Shown here in pieces: positions 19,660-29,598 of a DNA stretch of 64,000 nucleotides. The notes below the pieces were generated by a model, which was not told the DNA's origin, ran no database searches, and was given only the letters and a program-made list of their open reading frames with translations. Each line of letters begins with the position of its first letter. Position 1 is the stretch's first letter. Position numbers and translations under genes: made by a program. Origin of the DNA: an uncultured virus (IMG/VR IMGVR_UViG_3300025598_001701) (taxonomy: Duplodnaviria > Heunggongvirae > Uroviricota > Caudoviricetes); IMG/VR virus record IMGVR_UViG_3300025598_001701; one strand, 5' to 3'.

Positions 19660-21867
19660 TTATCCAACACGTATCCAACGTGGACCACCAGGCAATTGCT
19701 GTGGAATAGGATTTCCATTGAAAGGTGCATATTTTACATAATGCCAACTATAAGGAGTTGTAGGACTTATACTGGTAACGTTACCTTGCACTGTGCTATC
19801 ATTTGCAATAATGCGTAAACTGCTTACGTTGATATTGCTACTGATAGTAATTTTAGTTCCATCACTTATATTAGCATTTGCTGGCAGATAAACGTTTGCA
19901 ATCGCTACTGTCTGACCAAGTGTATAATCTAAAATCAATGTAGATACGTTACCGTATAATGTTACAGTATTAGAAGATGTATTTGCAAGATTAGAGAAAT
20001 TATATCCATTGATAGAGATATAACCTAAAACATATGATGCACTGGATACACCATTTGCAGCAATATTTGCATTTTGATAATAAGTTGGTAGATAATTTGC
20101 TACACTTGCATTACTATACAAACCTGTTAGATATTGTGCGCTACCAACAAAATATGTAGCATTAACATTGCCTGTTGTATTAACGTTGCCAGCATTAATA
20201 TTTCCACTATAAGTTGGAAGATAAGCAGCTGCAGTTGCATTGCTATACAACCCTGTTAGTAAACTACCATTACCTATAAAATAAGTTCCGCCAACATTTC
20301 CTGTAGCCACCAAATTGCCAGCAGTTAAATTGCCAGTATATGTTGGCAAGTAAGTTCCAATATAAGCACTGGTTTGTGTATTACCATACATTCCAGTAAG
20401 TGTGCTGCCATTACCATAATAGAATGTAGATGTAACATTTCCAGTTGAAGTTAAATTACCAACGCTTAAATTACTTGAAACTTTAGCATTCCCTGTAACT
20501 TGTAACTTAGTTCCACCATCATCTGTGCCACCAACAACCCAACGACCACTTGTAATACGACCAGCTTCATTTGCTGCAAAAGTGCCATCAGTATGGAACA
20601 CAATTGCTTTACCAACAGTTTGTGTTCCAATTGCTATGTTTCCACCATTGCTGTATAGATATGAATCATTTGGATAAGTGATTGTATAACTGCTGTTATT
20701 GTAATTGTTAGCATTGATACCAAGGTCAACATAGTATGCGCTATCGTTACCATTATTCGCTGTTGCAACGATATCGGCACTTGTGCTGCTTCCATTACCG
20801 ATATTTTGGATATTGATCTGCGTATAATAAATGCTATTGTCAACAAATTGTGCTGTTAAATTAGCTGTAGGAACTGTGCCAGGTGGTCCAACAATAATGT
20901 CGTAAGTTGATAAAAGATTACCAGCATAAACATTGCCGCCAGTAACAGTTATATTACTTGTTGCAGTTAAGTTAGCAGCATTTACATTGCCACTTGCATT
21001 GATATTACCAGTGACACCAACGCCACCAAGAGTGACAAGTGCACCATTTGTGTAAGAGTTGCTTACCGCTGTGCTTAGCAAATAAACTTCTGTTGCACTG
21101 CTTACAACTAAATCAGCAATACCATCAGGGTCGATTGTTAAGTTTGCACCACTGCCACTCAATGTAGTAATTGTGTTGGAAACAATATTGCCTGCATAAA
21201 CATTGCTTGTAACATTTAAATTACCTGCACTGATATTACCAGTGTAAGTTGCAAAATAAGCAGCAGCATTACTATTGCCATAACTTGCTGGACCAACACT
21301 TAAACCACTTAAGAAGTAACCATTACCAAGAACATAACTTGTAGGACCAGCAACAATATTACCAGTTACATAAAGATTACTATTGCTATTAAGTGTTCCA
21401 ATATTTGCAATAGCTATATTAACTGAAATCAAATTACCAATTGTATTAACATTTGGTAAATTATTACCTGTAAAATTTTGTGCAATAATTGCAGTGCCAC
21501 TTGTAGTGGCATAAAGAGCAGTAGTTGCTACGGTTGCACTACTTGCAGTTCCGCTTAAATTGCCAATTATAGGATAAACACTATTTGTAGTAATTTGACC
21601 ATAAAAAGTAGCGTTATTTGCAGTCATACTTGTAAACCAAGTAGAATTAGCAACTAATGCACTACCTGAAACTACTAAAACATTAGCATTATATGTAGGA
21701 GCAAGAACAAGATTGGCACCAGGAGTAAAAGTGCTATAAGTGTCAACTGCACCAACTGTGCTGAATAGACGACTAAAATTATTATTTGTTTTAAGTAATG
21801 CTGTTCTTAGCGGATCGCCAGTGCCATCATTAGCAAACGCACCAACGTTGATAACCTCTTGTACCAT
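19660..21867 (-). CDS. Tail fibre/baseplate-attached protein
   Basis: INVG..ANDGTGDPLR N-terminus; repeated YLPTY.GN..AGN / GNGS.LTGLY units. Confidence 0.7.
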   Translation of the reverse strand: MVQEVINVGAFANDGTGDPLRTALLKTNNNFSRLFSTVGAVDTYSTFTPGANLVLAPTYNANVLVVSGSALVANSTWFTSMTANNATFYGQITTNSVYPIIGNLSGTASSATVATTALYATTSGTAIIAQNFTGNNLPNVNTIGNLISVNIAIANIGTLNSNSNLYVTGNIVAGPTSYVLGNGYFLSGLSVGPASYGNSNAAAYFATYTGNISAGNLNVTSNVYAGNIVSNTITTLSGSGANLTIDPDGIADLVVSSATEVYLLSTAVSNSYTNGALVTLGGVGVTGNINASGNVNAANLTATSNITVTGGNVYAGNLLSTYDIIVGPPGTVPTANLTAQFVDNSIYYTQINIQNIGNGSSTSADIVATANNGNDSAYYVDLGINANNYNNSSYTITYPNDSYLYSNGGNIAIGTQTVGKAIVFHTDGTFAANEAGRITSGRWVVGGTDDGGTKLQVTGNAKVSSNLSVGNLTSTGNVTSTFYYGNGSTLTGMYGNTQTSAYIGTYLPTYTGNLTAGNLVATGNVGGTYFIGNGSLLTGLYSNATAAAYLPTYSGNINAGNVNTTGNVNATYFVGSAQYLTGLYSNASVANYLPTYYQNANIAANGVSSASYVLGYISINGYNFSNLANTSSNTVTLYGNVSTLILDYTLGQTVAIANVYLPANANISDGTKITISSNINVSSLRIIANDSTVQGNVTSISPTTPYSWHYVKYAPFNGNPIPQQLPGGPRWIRVG

Positions 21868-21868
21868 C

Positions 21869-21903
21869 AAAAACTCCTGCGCTATTATTTAGCAGGAGTT
21901 TTT
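21869..21903 (-). terminator. 12-bp hairpin/terminator overlapping tail-gene RBS, with TAAATA in the loop
   Basis: AAAAACTCCTGC-TAAATAATAGC-GCAGGAGTTTTT. Confidence 0.7.
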
Positions 21904-21906
21904 TTC

Positions 21907-22254
21907 TTAAACACTTATACTTGTTCCACAACCACAGCTACTTTTTGCCATTGGGTTGTTAACAACCAATTGGCTGCTGATAAAATCATTTTTGTAATCT
22001 ATTTCACTGCCAATAAGATAAACAAGTGAAGTTCCATCTACAATGAGAGTTTTGCCTTCGCCTACACTAATTTTTTCATCAATATCTGGTGAACCCTTTT
22101 CAAAATAAAGTTCATCATCTGCTGGCAACCAAAAATATTCAAAACCAGCACAACCACCACCTTGTAATCCAAATACAAGATATGGTTTATCAATGTCAAT
22201 AAGAGTACGACGAATATGTGTTCTTGCTGCTTCTGTTAGTGTTACTGCTTGCAT
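21907..22254 (-). CDS. HesB/IscA Fe-S carrier protein
   Basis: GGGCAGFEY and SCGCGTS. Confidence 0.9.
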   Translation of the reverse strand: MQAVTLTEAARTHIRRTLIDIDKPYLVFGLQGGGCAGFEYFWLPADDELYFEKGSPDIDEKISVGEGKTLIVDGTSLVYLIGSEIDYKNDFISSQLVVNNPMAKSSCGCGTSISV

Positions 22255-22255
22255 T

Positions 22256-22471
22256 TTATTTAAACCTATAAACTATTCTGCCACGGGTTAAATCATACGG
22301 ACTTAGTTCAACGCTTACACGATCATCTTGAATAATTTTAATTTTATTTTTACGAATATTACCACTTGTGTATGCAAGCACAATATGCTCGTTAATTTCT
22401 ACCCTGAATACACCATTTGGTAAAACTTCCATTACTTTACCTTCAAATGTAATAAGTTCTTCTTTTGCCAT
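22256..22471 (-). CDS. infA: Translation initiation factor IF-1
   Basis: [22 protein letters not shown]. Confidence 0.92.
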   Translation of the reverse strand: MAKEELITFEGKVMEVLPNGVFRVEINEHIVLAYTSGNIRKNKIKIIQDDRVSVELSPYDLTRGRIVYRFK

Positions 22472-22474
22472 AGA

Positions 22475-22909
22475 TTACTTATATTTTACACTCATGCTAT
22501 CACCAGTGTCTGGGTCGGTTAGAACAAAAGCATCTGGGTCAGTAGGCGATGCTGCTTCTACAGTTGTGTCTTTAATTAGATAACCACTTTTACCATATAT
22601 TTCTGGTTCACGCCAATATCCACTAGTATCTGCTGTTGTAGTAGTATAATAAGGGTATGGACTAACCCACGTAGTACCATCTACGCTTCTTTTTTGACGT
22701 GCTTCCATATCCCATTTTAATTGGTCTAATTCACGGCGAAGCGAACACAATTCATAATACATTTTTTGCAGCGGACCTTGTAGTCCATTTGGTTCTGCAA
22801 TCTTGCTTAGCACAAATGCTTGGGTAAACGCATCAATTACAGTAGGGTCTTTGCTTACTAAAAGCGCATCCAAACCTTTAAGTAGGTCTAAAACATTAGA
22901 ATCCAGCAT
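22475..22909 (-). CDS. Hypothetical protein
   Basis: 144-aa ORF. Confidence 0.6.
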   Translation of the reverse strand: MLDSNVLDLLKGLDALLVSKDPTVIDAFTQAFVLSKIAEPNGLQGPLQKMYYELCSLRRELDQLKWDMEARQKRSVDGTTWVSPYPYYTTTTADTSGYWREPEIYGKSGYLIKDTTVEAASPTDPDAFVLTDPDTGDSMSVKYK

Positions 22910-23465
22910 CTAACAAATCCTTACGACGATAAAGCATTGTTAAACCTGGTGCCCAATAAAGATTTTCGGCAATATGCCAAGGATCATTATTTTGCAAAAA
23001 GTTGTTTATACCAAAAATCATACCAATTGGTTGACCACCATTACCAAGTTGAATACCAGGTGCAGCTTGATGTGCAAAGTTATAAGCATCCTGAATAACA
23101 ATGTAACGATTAACAAAGTTTGCAAAGTTTTGACAAACCGTATTGATGTAATTTCCTTCTTGGAAACTGTTAATAAACAACATATCTGTGTTTTCAATAG
23201 TTTCCTCTTCAAGAATTAACTTATTGTGAAATACCAATTTAACATTATGTTCATTAGCTAATGCTTGATAATCACTTATGTCAATTTGGTTATGATCATA
23301 AATTACAATAGTGTCTGGTTTGGCACTTAACGCACAAAGTGTTGACAATCCTTGTCCAAAACCAACAATAGTGATGTGTTTAACTCTGCGACACCATTCA
23401 ATAAATGGTAACATCTGTGCGTTTGTGTGAATATTTTGTGCTATGTTTTCGTAAATGTCTTGCAT
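22896..23465 (-). CDS. Degenerate class I SAM-methyltransferase-like protein
   Basis: GFGQGLST, TDMLFIN, YIVIQD; start moved to MQDIY. Confidence 0.45.
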   Translation of the reverse strand: MQDIYENIAQNIHTNAQMLPFIEWCRRVKHITIVGFGQGLSTLCALSAKPDTIVIYDHNQIDISDYQALANEHNVKLVFHNKLILEEETIENTDMLFINSFQEGNYINTVCQNFANFVNRYIVIQDAYNFAHQAAPGIQLGNGGQPIGMIFGINNFLQNNDPWHIAENLYWAPGLTMLYRRKDLLDAGF

Positions 23466-23473
23466 AAATGTAA

Positions 23474-23752
23474 TTATTCCTTGTAAAGTGGCTTGGCTAA
23501 ATTTAATAGCACTTGATAATGTTCCCACGCTTCCATAACCGTTGGATTTTGTTCACGAATCATTGCTTCCATAAAAGCATTTTCAACTATATCATGCGCT
23601 GCGTTTCTAGTAGTCCATATTTCTTCACGTTCATTATTTGGTAATTGGTGTATACGCACACGTATCTCTTTATAATTTTCATCGTAGTTTGCCCACGGAC
23701 GACGAGTAACGGTTTTGCCACCGTCTGGACTTTCATAAATCCAAGCTGGCAT
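23474..23752 (-). CDS. Hypothetical protein
   Basis: IYESPDGGKTV motif. Confidence 0.65.
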   Translation of the reverse strand: MPAWIYESPDGGKTVTRRPWANYDENYKEIRVRIHQLPNNEREEIWTTRNAAHDIVENAFMEAMIREQNPTVMEAWEHYQVLLNLAKPLYKE

Positions 23753-23972
23753 TTTTAATTCCTAATGTTTGTGGAGAGTGATCTAGATATGACTCACCGT
23801 TTTCTCGTTTATAGAAGTAAGCATCTTCATCATTGATAGTAATTTGTAGGTCACTGTGATAAATGTCATAGTCAGTAAATTCACCATCGTTATGATAAAC
23901 ACGGAATACCCAAGTTCTACCTACTGGAAGTAATACTCCTGATACCTCGTTTGCACTCTTTATATTATTCAT
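23733..23972 (-). CDS. Hypothetical protein
   Basis: 79-aa ORF ending LDHSPQTLG. Confidence 0.6.
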   Translation of the reverse strand: MNNIKSANEVSGVLLPVGRTWVFRVYHNDGEFTDYDIYHSDLQITINDEDAYFYKRENGESYLDHSPQTLGIKNASLDL

Positions 23973-24364
23973 CCTCGTCTGCTCTTACTTCCTACTGTAG
24001 TCATATCTGTTTCAGGCGAAGCATACTGATAACCACCCTTATTAAAAAGTGGCATACAGCGGCTTGCCTTCTGTAATATTTCTTTTTGCACTTCGGGGCT
24101 TTCCTTGTGCAGATTGGTCATGATACCCCTCGCAAAACCATTACCAACGCTATTGCTAAGTTTACCGCTATCACGGTCCACAGAATAATCTGGTAAATCA
24201 TTTTTATGCTCTCCAACCACACGCTTTTTAGCGGCAATTTGTGAAGGGTGTAATCCACGCTTCATAAGCCACTCGTCGTGGGGTGTCAATTTTTTGACAG
24301 TTTTAGCCCGTAATTTTGTGGTGCGGGTGCTGGTATAATAGGCTGGTAGTAGGTGCATAGTCAT
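23969..24364 (-). CDS. Hypothetical phage protein
   Basis: PLFNKGGYQY motif; start moved to MTMHLL. Confidence 0.6.
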   Translation of the reverse strand: MTMHLLPAYYTSTRTTKLRAKTVKKLTPHDEWLMKRGLHPSQIAAKKRVVGEHKNDLPDYSVDRDSGKLSNSVGNGFARGIMTNLHKESPEVQKEILQKASRCMPLFNKGGYQYASPETDMTTVGSKSRRG

Positions 24365-24420
24365 AGGAATACCCCTGATTTCACAACTGCCTAGCAGTAT
24401 ATCACAGTTTTGCACCGCTG

Positions 24421-24660
24421 TCAATACCTATCTTGTTCAGCTTCTTTGCGTCTTTCAAGTGATACCACAGCTTCGGCGTGTGAATATACAAAACTACAAA
24501 CCACAAGAAAGAGCATAAAAAGCCAAAAAGGTAAAAAACTTTCAGTATAGTAATATGATAAAAACATCAATCCATATGTGCCGCCTAAAACAGCGACCAT
24601 TGTAATAGTAGCAGTTACCATATATTGTGCAAATTTTTTAAGAACTCTAGTATCAATCAT
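24421..24660 (-). CDS. Small membrane protein
   Basis: Two hydrophobic segments. Confidence 0.55.
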   Translation of the reverse strand: MIDTRVLKKFAQYMVTATITMVAVLGGTYGLMFLSYYYTESFLPFWLFMLFLVVCSFVYSHAEAVVSLERRKEAEQDRY

Positions 24661-24681
24661 TTATATAATATAATATATGAT

Positions 24682-25167
24682 TTATTGTTTTTCAATATCT
24701 TTTTTATTTGATTCAGGTTCAGCGTGTAATTTTTTTTCGCGGTCTAAACGCTCTTTTACTGCATTAATAAGTTGTGTCATAGGTATCTTGTTTTCTCGAT
24801 AACCCTTTGCAATAAAATTAATATATTTTCTTGTTGGCAAATGCATATTATGATAGTTTTTAAACATTTGATAACCAAAAGCATGATAGCTTTTACCGCC
24901 GTAATTTACAGTTAATTGAATATGATGATAGTGGTCACGTAAGTCTTCCAAAAAATCCAATCTTGGAATATCAGTAGTTGGAATAGCCCATAGCACACCT
25001 TGCACTATACCTTTTGTATCTGGTCTTATATCCGTAAAATGTTCCATTACGAGTTTATAGCCATGAACTGTGCCACGACCTAACAATCTTGCACTTGGAA
25101 TACGATACATCATTTCAGCAACATTCGTGTTGTGTCCATATGCAAAATATAAAACTTTATCAACCAT
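24682..25167 (-). CDS. Gamma-glutamylcyclotransferase (AIG2-like)
   Basis: YFAYG, VQGVLW, LDFLE, P...Y...I..GY. Confidence 0.8.
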   Translation of the reverse strand: MVDKVLYFAYGHNTNVAEMMYRIPSARLLGRGTVHGYKLVMEHFTDIRPDTKGIVQGVLWAIPTTDIPRLDFLEDLRDHYHHIQLTVNYGGKSYHAFGYQMFKNYHNMHLPTRKYINFIAKGYRENKIPMTQLINAVKERLDREKKLHAEPESNKKDIEKQ

Positions 25168-25180
25168 TATAATATTTAAC

Positions 25181-25204
25181 AAAAAAGGGAGCCGAAGCTC
25201 CCTT
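25181..25204 (-). terminator. Rho-independent terminator
   Basis: GGGAGC-TTCG-GCTCCC followed by TTTTTT. Confidence 0.85.
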
Positions 25205-25223
25205 AAATTGTTTAGTTATGAAA

Positions 25224-26057
25224 TTAGTCGTTACCTGGATCGCCCTTGCAAACTTTCTTCTTTGCATCTGCAACAGCCTTAAAGTCTACTGGCCATAGTG
25301 CTGGCTTTGCCTTCTTATCTGCACCCACTGGTAGTGGGAATGTCAATCCACTTGCAGCTTCAACATCAGCAACGCTAACTTGAACCTTTGTTAGGTCATT
25401 GCCTTGATTTTCAGCTTGTGGGAATAGGAAAGCATAAACTTCCTTGGTCTGTGTATCAATAACAATCTTCCACAACTTGTTTGGAACAGTTACCTTGTTT
25501 GCACCAATTGTCTTGTCCTTACCTACTGTGTAAATGTTACCAGCGTAAATTAGTAGAGTGTGATTACGTGAGAATGTCCATGCACCAGTTGAAGTTTCTA
25601 ACAACTTCCAGATACCACGATTAAGACCTGGCAATTGTGGTGACATGTTGCTCATAAGAAATGATTCATATTCTACTTGCTGATCCCAAGATTGATGTGC
25701 ATCGTTAGCAATGTGACCTTGGTCATAGCCACTGGCAGCATAATCACTTGGTGCGCTGCGCTTGTCAGCAGGCAGTGCGTTGTCAGCAGCAAATGCGTTG
25801 CTACGTGCTACGCAACCATTTACGTGTTCTGGTGTAATTTCCCACGCTGCCCATAGTGGTTCTTTAGCAGCATTGTCATGCTGAACATAATAACCTTGAC
25901 GGCATAGTGGTGTAGTATCATGCTTCTGTGTATCGGTGACTTTGCCATAAGGCATAAAAGCAGCACATACAGCATCTGGCTGATTTGGACGCTGATTCCA
26001 AGCATGCGCAAGAGTTGGAATCATAAGTGCGGCAAGAATTAGTAGAATTTTTTTCAT
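25224..26057 (-). CDS. Secreted DNA/RNA non-specific endonuclease (NucA/EndoG family)
   Basis: Signal peptide MKKILL...AHA; YDQGH, NMSPQ...LNRG.W..LE. Confidence 0.85.
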   Translation of the reverse strand: MKKILLILAALMIPTLAHAWNQRPNQPDAVCAAFMPYGKVTDTQKHDTTPLCRQGYYVQHDNAAKEPLWAAWEITPEHVNGCVARSNAFAADNALPADKRSAPSDYAASGYDQGHIANDAHQSWDQQVEYESFLMSNMSPQLPGLNRGIWKLLETSTGAWTFSRNHTLLIYAGNIYTVGKDKTIGANKVTVPNKLWKIVIDTQTKEVYAFLFPQAENQGNDLTKVQVSVADVEAASGLTFPLPVGADKKAKPALWPVDFKAVADAKKKVCKGDPGND

Positions 26058-26250
26058 AAAAAGTTTCCTTTGTTGGATGTGGTATTTACCATATAAAAAA
26101 ACACCAGCAGATTTCTCCACTGGTGTTATTTTTTTAGAATTATATTATTTTTATTACATCTAAATTCAGCTAGTTAATCACGTTATATAAAGTTTTACAA
26201 TAAGCTAGTTATTTACAAAAAGGTGCCTGTTAGGTTAACCTTAATTTTAT

Positions 26251-26448
26251 TTAGCACTTAATACCAATATCTTCCAACATTTGAACAGCTTCACTGCATT
26301 CTTCTTGAGTAAGTTCATCGCACATTACAGATAAAAACAGCATTTCAAGTTCTGCTTCATCAAGTTGTGGCACCCAATCAGTGTGAATATATCGTTGATT
26401 AAAACTATGTGAATAGGACCAACCATTATTATCTTTTGACATTACCAC
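26251..26448 (-). CDS. Hypothetical protein
   Basis: 65-aa ORF. Confidence 0.45.
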   Translation of the reverse strand: MVMSKDNNGWSYSHSFNQRYIHTDWVPQLDEAELEMLFLSVMCDELTQEECSEAVQMLEDIGIKC

Positions 26449-26687
26449 TCCTTGTATGCGGTTGCATTCAAACGTTGTATTTCTTCACCCTTTGTATCAA
26501 GGGCTATTGCTTCAACGGTAGGGCCAATGCCACTACCGTCTCGCACAATAATTCTAACACTATGGGCACACATCAAAAGTTCACGATCAAGCCACTCTTT
26601 TATTGTGTCAAGTTCGGCTGCAAGTAAATGTATGCCGCTACTGTGTTTAGTCACGATCCATAGCCGCTGCTTCGTTGATAAGTGCAA
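26442..26687 (-). CDS. Hypothetical protein (start uncertain)
   Basis: ORF tiling. Confidence 0.45.
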   Translation of the reverse strand: MHLSTKQRLWIVTKHSSGIHLLAAELDTIKEWLDRELLMCAHSVRIIVRDGSGIGPTVEAIALDTKGEEIQRLNATAYKEW

Positions 26688-26859
26688 CGAGTTCTTCGAC
26701 TGTGCTTACGATGATTTTTGCATTCTTCCAATCATCGTCACTGTTGCGACCACTAATTTCAAACATGAAACCATTGTCAAACATTTTAATAGTAATTTCT
26801 TCATTTACTTTACTAAGTTTATCACTAATCTTCATTGTCTTCTCCTTTGATTTTGCCAT
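26647..26859 (-). CDS. Hypothetical protein
   Basis: DNGFM.E.SGR...DDW motif; RBS present. Confidence 0.65.
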   Translation of the reverse strand: MAKSKEKTMKISDKLSKVNEEITIKMFDNGFMFEISGRNSDDDWKNAKIIVSTVEELVALINEAAAMDRD

Positions 26860-26870
26860 AATATTTTCCT

Positions 26871-27194
26871 TTACTTAAAAACGCACCACAATGGTCCGCC
26901 TTCTTTACGACCTGTTTCACCAACAATTAACTGACCGTATGCTTCGCCACTTTTAACATTCCAAACTGCCTTAAAGCTATTGCCATTTGCATATTGAATA
27001 ATTGTCAAATATGGTTCTTGCCAAAAACTTTCAGCAGGTTGAAAATCACCGTCTTTGCCCCACTGTATCATAGTGGTTCTGCCAGCACCGATTGCTGTAA
27101 AATTTTCACCATTTTGAAATGCACAAGTAACTGTATTAGTTTGTGCAGCCACTGGTGTAGCAAATAACAATGCGGCTAATAATATCTTTTTCAT
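26871..27194 (-). CDS. Secreted hypothetical protein
   Basis: Signal peptide; two Cys. Confidence 0.65.
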   Translation of the reverse strand: MKKILLAALLFATPVAAQTNTVTCAFQNGENFTAIGAGRTTMIQWGKDGDFQPAESFWQEPYLTIIQYANGNSFKAVWNVKSGEAYGQLIVGETGRKEGGPLWCVFK

Positions 27195-27195
27195 T

Positions 27196-27435
27196 TTAGT
27201 TTACTTTCTTACAAATCTGTTTGCCATCCGCACCCATACGAGGAGTGAGTCCATAACGATACAAATACTGACAGCCTGTTAAATGGTCAGTATAAACTTC
27301 CATGTGACTGTTTTCATGCGGACCATCACTGTCATCCTTTTGTTCATATGGCAGTGTCATTTGATATATAGTCAACCCAAAAATTGCAGCACAGAGCAAG
27401 ATATACAAATTCCAAACAGTAAAATATTTTCTCAT
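27196..27435 (-). CDS. Membrane-anchored small protein
   Basis: TM helix then D..TGCQYL...GLTPR...DGKQIC. Confidence 0.65.
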   Translation of the reverse strand: MRKYFTVWNLYILLCAAIFGLTIYQMTLPYEQKDDSDGPHENSHMEVYTDHLTGCQYLYRYGLTPRMGADGKQICKKVN

Positions 27436-27656
27436 GGTGTATCCTTTCTACCATAAAGACGCAGTGCCATATACATTACAGCAGCGCCAGCCAATAATCC
27501 CATAACATATGTAAACAGCATAACACTGATTGCGTAAAGTGTCAAGAAAAATAAATTAGTGAAAGCGCAGATGACAATGGTGCCAAGCGGCCACAACATA
27601 GGTGGCGTGTCACGCTCACATAATTCTTTAACCCACTTTATCAAGCAATGCTCCAC
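27432..27656 (-). CDS. Small membrane protein
   Basis: Two TM segments. Confidence 0.5.
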   Translation of the reverse strand: MEHCLIKWVKELCERDTPPMLWPLGTIVICAFTNLFFLTLYAISVMLFTYVMGLLAGAAVMYMALRLYGRKDTP

Positions 27657-28000
27657 TCATAATCATCAATGGTCATTACGCTTTCCATACCATCATATTC
27701 ATCAATACGATACTGCGTACCAGGTGCCAATTCACGGATAGCCAAGCGAGCAAATTCACCGTTTGCTGCTGCACCTAATTCTTCTACAACCTGTGCAAGG
27801 ATAGGGTCATCACGCTCAATATCACGACTAGAAAAGTAATGGTCATCGTCTTCAATGCCATCCTTGTAGTAATGGCTATTCCATCTATGATCGCCCTCAA
27901 CATACAGAAGGTTAAGATTGGCAAGTTCGCCATACCGCATGGTAGCCTCATGGCTCAATCCAAATCCACCGTGACACGCATTATATACAATTTTGGTCAT
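27641..28000 (-). CDS. Hypothetical phage protein
   Basis: N.C.GGFGLS, R.DP.L.QVVEELG, I.EYDG.E. Confidence 0.7.
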   Translation of the reverse strand: MTKIVYNACHGGFGLSHEATMRYGELANLNLLYVEGDHRWNSHYYKDGIEDDDHYFSSRDIERDDPILAQVVEELGAAANGEFARLAIRELAPGTQYRIDEYDGMESVMTIDDYEWSIA

Positions 28001-28284
28001 ATGCCTACTGCCTCTGCTCTTTTACGATCTATACTTAAAATAACACCTGCACCAATATTTGTCAAGTCACTATTTGGTGGAAAGAAGATATAAGCATTAG
28101 GGTCATTTACCTTTGTGCCGTTTAGCCGTATGCCACCACTATCTACCAGGCGGTTAAACTCGCTTTTGCTTTTGGCAAGTTTAGCATCAACACCAATTTT
28201 TGCCAAGTCAATAGCACGAGCATATTCTGCCAGTGGAATATACTGCCAAGTTGTTAGTATATCTTCAATCGTTACTCTTTCCAT
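27997..28284 (-). CDS. Stand-alone S4-type RNA-binding domain (TyrRS C-terminal-like)
   Basis: LAKSKSEFNRLVDSGGIRLNGTKV. Confidence 0.6.
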   Translation of the reverse strand: MERVTIEDILTTWQYIPLAEYARAIDLAKIGVDAKLAKSKSEFNRLVDSGGIRLNGTKVNDPNAYIFFPPNSDLTNIGAGVILSIDRKRAEAVGI

Positions 28285-28408
28285 TACCAAATTATCCACG
28301 CTAAAAACAAAAACAAACCGCAATCAATACTATGATTGCCAGCAGCATAAGCGGCACCAGCAATAAGCGCAACTACTACAATAGTTTTACGAGTATCATA
28401 ATTGCTGT

Positions 28409-28648
28409 TCATTGTCCATTCCTTAATGATGCCAACACATATTCTTCACTGGTCATATTAGCATAGGCTTTAATATAACCTAATCTAATCCACTTGTTGA
28501 TTATGTTAAGTTCAATATCAGGAATTTCTCCGTGAGGATCGCTTATTCTAATTTCAGCACGAGGCACAAGACGCAAACCATCAATGAACCTAAACTGTGG
28601 ATCGTGGGGACCAACGCTTACGGTATCGGGTTTTTCAGCAGTGATCAC
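28409..28648 (-). CDS. Hypothetical protein
   Basis: 79-aa ORF. Confidence 0.5.
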   Translation of the reverse strand: MITAEKPDTVSVGPHDPQFRFIDGLRLVPRAEIRISDPHGEIPDIELNIINKWIRLGYIKAYANMTSEEYVLASLRNGQ

Positions 28649-28796
28649 TTACAAATCTCGTTGATTTCTGCAACTGTGCGTGTGGTCTTGGCATATTCCA
28701 CTCGACAACTATTCTTCTGCCAACTATCAACGCCTGCACCAATCATGATAGCGGACATAACAATAGCAACCATAATAAAATACCATTTATATTCCA

Positions 28797-29090
28797 TTAT
28801 ACATTCTCCTCACTACATGTTGGACACAGCAGTGTGCGTGTCATTTCTTCTAATTTTGGATTTTCAAATCTTGAATATGCATCCCATAGCGGTTCAATCT
28901 TGTGATAAGAATAATGCCAACCACGCAACTCTTCTTTACGTTTTTCACTACGCTGTTCAACATTATCAGCAAGATTATCTTTATCGCTTATATCATGCGA
29001 ATGTTCTTCTGTATGACCACACGCATCGCACGTAAGCGACAAATAATAGGTTCTAATTGTGTAGGCTTCAAAACCCATCAACCACCCCAA
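28797..29090 (-). CDS. Zn-ribbon-like hypothetical protein
   Basis: CDAC and CPTC. Confidence 0.55.
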   Translation of the reverse strand: MGWLMGFEAYTIRTYYLSLTCDACGHTEEHSHDISDKDNLADNVEQRSEKRKEELRGWHYSYHKIEPLWDAYSRFENPKLEEMTRTLLCPTCSEENV

Positions 29091-29389
29091 ATGTCATCGT
29101 GTAGCGCATGCGTCTTATCAGGACTGCGATACATATCACGATGTGTAGTATTAAATGTTTTAAAAGTATGATTGGTAATATACGCACCAATGCTTAACAG
29201 AACAATATGTCCCACAATCCAATATGGAAACCACATCATCCAACTTACCATAGCACAAAATATAAAACTCCACATCATGGCCAGCACCATCATAAGTTGA
29301 TATTTTGTAATAGGTGGTAAACCTGCAAGCGGATTTTTATCCGCATCCATCAACGGTTCCCACACATGTTCTTTAATTTTACGCACCAT
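29078..29389 (-). CDS. Membrane protein
   Basis: NPL..LP, two TM segments, HDDIWGG. Confidence 0.65.
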   Translation of the reverse strand: MVRKIKEHVWEPLMDADKNPLAGLPPITKYQLMMVLAMMWSFIFCAMVSWMMWFPYWIVGHIVLLSIGAYITNHTFKTFNTTHRDMYRSPDKTHALHDDIWGG

Positions 29390-29598
29390 TATTCAACTCC
29401 AAAATGTTTTAGCATTGCTTTATGATCTTGGTCATCGGAAAAGGCATAATTGGCACATTCACGCACAATTAGTTCGGCAAACTTCTCAACATCTTCTTGT
29501 TCGGCATGACCATTAATGAAGTAGCGTCTAGGTGTTTCGTGGTCTACATAGTTCAACAGACCCGCATCTAGCGCAAGTTCTATAATTCGCTCATTCAT
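29389..29598 (-). CDS. Hypothetical protein
   Basis: MNERI.ELA...KFAELIVREC...KHFGVE. Confidence 0.65.
   Translation of the reverse strand: MNERIIELALDAGLLNYVDHETPRRYFINGHAEQEDVEKFAELIVRECANYAFSDDQDHKAMLKHFGVE

Noticed and set aside
20040..20460. Repeats in the tail gene as a DGR or DNA repeat array
   Set aside because: They are degenerate protein-level repeats; no reverse transcriptase or adenine-specific template/variable pair seen
26096..26250. AT-rich gap with a weak hairpin and two AGCTAGTTA copies as origin or ncRNA
   Set aside because: Too little structure; compatible with an ordinary terminator/promoter region
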